A stretch of DNA of 64,000 nt from Desulfovibrio sp. (GTDB lineage: Bacteria; Bacillota; Dethiobacteria; DTU022). Numbering within the stretch: the first letter of the stretch is position 1; each line of letters begins with the position of its first letter. The stretch is from NCBI GenBank assembly GCA_020060545.1, contig JAGUZX010000026.1, positions 16,788 through 80,787 of the forward strand, in the 5' to 3' direction. Below are positions 57,309 to 64,000 of this stretch, in pieces. A model generated the notes under the pieces. It was not told the DNA's origin and ran no database searches. It was given only the letters and a program-made list of their open reading frames with translations. The translations under genes and the position numbers were made by a program.

Positions 57309-58679
57309 TTAGCAGTCCGGTTCTTGAATAAAATAAGGTTCGCTTCCCCAAAGGTCGTACGGTGAAGCGGCGCTCACTTGAAGCGAAAGCCAGCTTCCCG
57401 GTTTGATCGGGTGAGCGGAGCGGAAATAGATCCGGCCGTCCACCCCGGGAGCCTGGTGCTGGGTGCGCCCCCAGTACAGGTTCGGGGCGCGGCGGGAAGC
57501 CCCCTCTGCCAGGACGGTAACTCTGGACCCGATCAGCCTGCGCTGCAGCGCCGCCGCTATTCTTTGCTGTGCCTCCATCAGCGCCCGGCGGCGTTTTTCG
57601 CCGACCCGTCGGGGTGGCTGTCCCGGCATGATCGATGCCGGGGTCCCCTGCTGGGGGGAATAGGCAAAAACGCCGACCCGCTCAAAGGGATGTTCGTGCA
57701 AAAAAGAGCTCAGCTCATGGAATTGCCGCTTCGATTCGCCGGGAAAGCCGACCATGTAGGTGGTGCGCAGGGCCAGATCCGGAATTTCACGGCGCAGCCG
57801 GTTTACCAGGGATATCACCTCTTCCCTGGTATAGCAACGCCCCATTTTTCGCAGCACTTCGCTATTGACATGCTGCAACGGCAGGTCCAGGTATTTGCAG
57901 ATCCGCGGTTCCAGGGCGATGATTTTAATCAACTCGCCGGTAAGGCGTGTTGGATACGCATAAAGCAGCCGCAGCCAAAACCGCCCTTTCACGGCAAGTA
58001 TCTCTTTTAAAAGACCCGCCAGGTCCGGCCCGCTTTCGCTGTCGCCCCCATAAGCGGTTGTATCCTGGGCGACGAGGTTAATCTCGCGGGCGCCCCGTCC
58101 TAAGAGCAGCTCTACTTCGCTGACAATGTCCGGCGCCGAACGGCTGCGGTACGGCCCGCGCAAGGAGGGGATTACGCAGTAGTGACAGCGGTTGCTGCAG
58201 CCTTCGGCGATCTTCACGTAAACGCTGTGCGGGGCGGTAGTCACCAGGCGCGGCCCCAGTGAAGCATATGCGGCCCCTGGAGGTTCCAGCAGGAGCTCAC
58301 GTGAACCGGCCCGGCATCGCTTTAAGAATTCGACCAGGCCGTGATAGCTGTGCACCCCGATCACCCCGTTCAGTTCCGGAACGGTTTTAAGCAGTTCCCT
58401 GCCGTAACGCTCGGAAAGGCAGCCGCCGGCGATGATCAAAGTTTCTCCGCCCCGCCGCTCCCTGGCGTAGCGAAGGATGGTGTCGATGGACTCCTGCTGG
58501 GCCTCTTCAATAAAGGCGCAGGTGTTGACGAAAATAATCCCTGCTGCCGCCGGGTCTTCCGTTAGCCGGTAACCGCTCCTGGACAGCAGGCCGAGGATCT
58601 CTTCGGTATCAATCCGGTTCTTGGCGCACCCCAGGGAAACTGCGGCGACAAGCCTCTCTTTGCCGGCCTGAATCTTCAA
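57309..58679 (-). CDS. rimO: Ribosomal protein S12 methylthiotransferase
   Basis: SLGCAKNRID, NTCAFIEEA..ESI, KIAEGCSNRCHYC.IP, AQDTT.YG, YLDLPLQH; start uncertain (58679-58715). Confidence 0.95.
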   Translation of the reverse strand: MKIQAGKERLVAAVSLGCAKNRIDTEEILGLLSRSGYRLTEDPAAAGIIFVNTCAFIEEAQQESIDTILRYARERRGGETLIIAGGCLSERYGRELLKTVPELNGVIGVHSYHGLVEFLKRCRAGSRELLLEPPGAAYASLGPRLVTTAPHSVYVKIAEGCSNRCHYCVIPSLRGPYRSRSAPDIVSEVELLLGRGAREINLVAQDTTAYGGDSESGPDLAGLLKEILAVKGRFWLRLLYAYPTRLTGELIKIIALEPRICKYLDLPLQHVNSEVLRKMGRCYTREEVISLVNRLRREIPDLALRTTYMVGFPGESKRQFHELSSFLHEHPFERVGVFAYSPQQGTPASIMPGQPPRRVGEKRRRALMEAQQRIAAALQRRLIGSRVTVLAEGASRRAPNLYWGRTQHQAPGVDGRIYFRSAHPIKPGSWLSLQVSAASPYDLWGSEPYFIQEPDC

Positions 58680-58778
58680 GCAATACATCCCTTTATGTGC
58701 CGTATTTCCAGTCAAGGCGTCCGGTCAAAATGCAAATTGGCCGCGCCTGTTTGGCTGTATTGGATAAGCCGCTGACTA

Positions 58779-59579
58779 CTATCGGAGGGAAAAAGAAAAA
58801 TTATGCGGCTGCCGGTGGTGCTGGACCGTTTCGATCTCAATTGCATTTACCGTCATCGCCACCCCTTCCGGGTTACCGATCCGGATCCAGATTTTTTGCG
58901 ACGCCGTGGCGGTCCATTCTTCTCCCCGCTTGAACATACGCTCGATCAGGGGAAAAGCGGCGCCGTCTACCTCGACGCGGATCCAGCACCAATCGTTGAA
59001 AGTCAGCTTCATCTCGATTTCGGAGACGCCCCGCACGCTATAAACGGTTTCGCCGGCGGCCATCGATTCAAGCGCAACTTCCGCCTGCGGTTCCGGCTCG
59101 GAATCGCCCGGCTTTGGCTCCCGGTCGTTTTGATCGTCACGCCAACCGTTATCTGCGGTGCCGCCCGGTTCAACGGCTGGACGCTGCCGGAAATAGCCGC
59201 CTCCCCACCAGATTGCCCCGACCAGCAGAGCAAGGACCAGGGCGGCTATGGCAGTGTTAAATGAAGGCTTTTTCCCTTCCACCCGGTAGCGGCGCGGCCG
59301 GGGCGGCGCCGGGGGCGGTTCGTCCTGCGCCTCACTAAAGCCGCCTCCCCGGAGACGGCGGTAAACGGCAAGGACATCTTTCGGGTCGAGGCCGACAGTT
59401 TCCGCATAGTTGCAGATCGTCCCCTTTAAATACACCTCGCCCGCAAACAAGGACAGATCGCCTTTTTCCAGGGCTTCCAGGTAACGTTTCTGGATTTTTG
59501 TCCGGTTGCTTATTTCGTCCAGGGTAATCTGTTTTTCCTGGCGGGCTTGCTGTAACAGCTCCACCAGCTCCCTCATCAT
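58779..59579 (-). CDS. rodZ: RodZ/YmfM (HTH-TM-DUF4115)
   Basis: ARQEKQITLDEI..RTKI..RYLEALE, TM, CWIRVEVDG, RIGNP. Confidence 0.88.
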   Translation of the reverse strand: MMRELVELLQQARQEKQITLDEISNRTKIQKRYLEALEKGDLSLFAGEVYLKGTICNYAETVGLDPKDVLAVYRRLRGGGFSEAQDEPPPAPPRPRRYRVEGKKPSFNTAIAALVLALLVGAIWWGGGYFRQRPAVEPGGTADNGWRDDQNDREPKPGDSEPEPQAEVALESMAAGETVYSVRGVSEIEMKLTFNDWCWIRVEVDGAAFPLIERMFKRGEEWTATASQKIWIRIGNPEGVAMTVNAIEIETVQHHRQPHNFSFSLR

Positions 59580-59612
59580 TGCCCTCCCCCTCGCTTAACT
59601 TCCGCCTGAATC

Positions 59613-61904
<2,292 letters not shown>

Positions 61905-62014
61905 TTTCCGTCCTCCTTCCCATATATTACCTGCCAGCTCTATTATACCCGATTATCGCATGACAAGCAAACAGCACTTATCAGCAGGCCGCCGGCAAAA
62001 TTCCGATTGCGCCG

Positions 62015-62794
62015 CTAGAGCAGAGAAGCGATTATGACCGCGACGCCGGCGATCCAGCAATAGTAGGCGAAATAATTGAATTTTTGCTGCTTTAGCACCT
62101 TGATAAAGACCTTGATCGCAACCACTCCGGCCAGAAACGCGGCCAGGCCCCCGGCGATATAATTGAGCAGCGCCGCCCTTTCAATTCCTAGCGCAACCAT
62201 CTCCCTGACCTCCAGCAGCGTGGCCCCGAAAATAACCGGGGCGGCCAGCATAAAAGAGTAACGGACCGCTGTAGCCCGATCCAACCCCCGCCACAGCGCC
62301 GCGGTGATCGTCGAACCGGAGCGGGAGATACCCGGAATAACCGCAAAACCCTGGAGCAGGCCGACCCAGAGCGCATCTTTGGGCTGCATCGCCGGAAGAT
62401 CCTTTTTACCCGCCGGCAGCACGGTGAGCAGCTTTAAAATACCGCCGGTAACCAGCAGCATCACCCCGACCACCAGGGTCGACTGAAATAAGATGGCGAT
62501 ATAGTTCCCAAGCAGCAGGCCGATCAAGGCTGTCGGAACAACCCCAACGGCGAGCAGGAAGAGCAACCGCCTCTGCCCGGCCTCCCGCAAGCGAAACAGG
62601 TTGATAAAATCACGCCCAAAGACCCAAAACACCGCAAGCAGGGTCCCAAAATGAAGCAGCACTTCCAGGGTTACCCCGGTTTCCTCTATCCCGAGCAGCT
62701 CCTGCAAGATGACCAGATGGCCGGAGCTGCTGACGGGCAAAAACTCCGTCAGGCCTTGTACCAAACCGAGTAAAATCGCTTCAAAGAAACTCAT
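62015..62794 (-). CDS. uppP: Undecaprenyl-diphosphate phosphatase
   Basis: VQGLTEFLPVSSSGHL, PGISRSGSTI; ATG 62794 after GGGAGGGG. Confidence 0.95.
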   Translation of the reverse strand: MSFFEAILLGLVQGLTEFLPVSSSGHLVILQELLGIEETGVTLEVLLHFGTLLAVFWVFGRDFINLFRLREAGQRRLLFLLAVGVVPTALIGLLLGNYIAILFQSTLVVGVMLLVTGGILKLLTVLPAGKKDLPAMQPKDALWVGLLQGFAVIPGISRSGSTITAALWRGLDRATAVRYSFMLAAPVIFGATLLEVREMVALGIERAALLNYIAGGLAAFLAGVVAIKVFIKVLKQQKFNYFAYYCWIAGVAVIIASLL

Positions 62795-62886
62795 TTTCCC
62801 CCTCCCGATTCTGCTTGATCTTTTATTTTTCTTTACCGTATAGCAATTATCCTGCCTCAAGCGCCACATAAAATAGTATGCAATAT

Positions 62887-63828
62887 TTACAATATTTTCA
62901 TACCGGAAGACGGGGTCCGCTCCATGAGGCGGGCCAGGACGGGGATAAGGGGAAGCAGGACCAGCGCACCCAGAAGATTGTAAAGCGTATGGGCATTGGC
63001 CACCTGGCGGGGCAGGGTCAGCGCCGTTTTTGAAGCCAGCAGCACCAGGTAAGGAAAAAAAGGCGCCGCCAGGAGCAGGCTGGCCAGGTTAAACAAGAAA
63101 TGTGACAGTGCCGCGGCGCAGGCCGCCCGGTTCATACCCACCGAAGCGACCAGAGCGGTCGTGCATGTCCCCAGGTCGGCCCCAATCAGCACGGCAACCG
63201 CGGCGGGCAAACCGATCGCCCCTTCCAGAGCCATGCCAATGACCAGGCCCATTACCGCGCTGCTGCTCTGCAGGAGCGCCGCCGCGAAAAAACCGGCGCC
63301 GACCCCCAGCCACGGCGCCTCGCCGGCGGCCCGGAGCGCAGCCGTGACCATATTGCTTCCGGCAAGGGCGGCGAGGGCGCCACTCATACCGTTGAGCCCG
63401 AGCAGCAGCAGGCCGAAGCCAAGTAAAGAAGCCGCCGGTTTGCGGATACTTGGCCGGCGCGCCAGGCAGAACAGCACGCTTAACGCGATCACCGGCAGGG
63501 CCAGCCGGTGCAGCTCAAACGAAAGCAGTTGCGCCGTGACTGTGGTACCTACATTAGCTCCGATGATTACGCCCATCCCCTGGGCCAGGTTAAGCAGCCG
63601 CGCATTGACCAGCCCCACCACCATCACCGAAGTGAGGCTGCTGCTCTGCAGGGCCGCCGTGACCAGGGCGCCCGCGACAAATCCTTTAGCGGGCGTCCCT
63701 ACCAGCTTGTGGAGCAGTTTTTGCAAGGCCGGCCCCGCGGACCGGGCCAGCGAGCGGCTCATCAGCCGCAGCCCAAAAAGAAAAAGGCCCAGGCCGGCCG
63801 CAGCGCTTATAACATTGTACCAGCTCAA
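62887..63828 (-). CDS. Na+/Pi cotransporter family protein (membrane domain only)
   Basis: Two QSSS repeats, GANVGTT, ANAHT; TTG start after AAGGAGG; no PhoU tail. Confidence 0.9.
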   Translation of the reverse strand: MSWYNVISAAAGLGLFLFGLRLMSRSLARSAGPALQKLLHKLVGTPAKGFVAGALVTAALQSSSLTSVMVVGLVNARLLNLAQGMGVIIGANVGTTVTAQLLSFELHRLALPVIALSVLFCLARRPSIRKPAASLLGFGLLLLGLNGMSGALAALAGSNMVTAALRAAGEAPWLGVGAGFFAAALLQSSSAVMGLVIGMALEGAIGLPAAVAVLIGADLGTCTTALVASVGMNRAACAAALSHFLFNLASLLLAAPFFPYLVLLASKTALTLPRQVANAHTLYNLLGALVLLPLIPVLARLMERTPSSGMKIL

Positions 63829-63925
63829 GGCTGTCCCCCCTCCTTTATTTTTACGCGGAGAAGGGGGAACATAGACTTTCACACTCCGGACAAGTGAACC
63901 AGCGGGCTTTCGCCTAGCCGCGCCG

Positions 63926-64000
63926 TTATCCCCTCCGGTGTCCCTCTGCGGGGGTTAAGCGGAGCGGGAGAATGGTCCCCGGCTGGAGGGCCGGGTCAAG
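63926..64000 (-). CDS. ylzJ: YlzJ-like protein, 3' end (partial)
   Basis: Minus frame reads LDPALQPGTIL...stop, like the YlzJ C-terminus; fits tepA-ylzJ-spoIIIE synteny. Confidence 0.5.
   Translation of the reverse strand, partial: LDPALQPGTILPLRLTPAEGHRRG

Overview
Core chromosome of an endospore-forming Bacillota (Clostridia/Dethiobacteria-like; inferred from spoVB, spoVK, spoVS, ylzJ, spoIIIE and sigma-H/sigma-E-like promoters). The window spans the replication terminus: a Bacillus-type dif site sits at 32267-32294, and genes mostly switch from + (proC-proB-proA-nifV-like, miaB-mutS-mutL-miaA-hfq-spoVK-hflX-ynbB) to - (leuA, AOR operon, gltX, oad, spoVS-rny-recX-recA-cinA-rimO-rodZ-ftsK). 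Non-coding features include a c-di-GMP-I (GEMM) riboswitch, a Leu T-box, tRNA-Gln(CUG), an SOS box at lexA, several sigma-H-like promoters and two small repeat clusters. The best candidate for an undescribed system is the insert between spoVK and hflX. It holds a TM-GGDEF-cupin-like-HD-GYP enzyme convergent with a 67-aa secreted protein whose leader carries a c-di-GMP riboswitch. No CRISPR array, rRNA, intact transposase or integrase was seen. All calls come from reading motifs by eye; no database searches were run.
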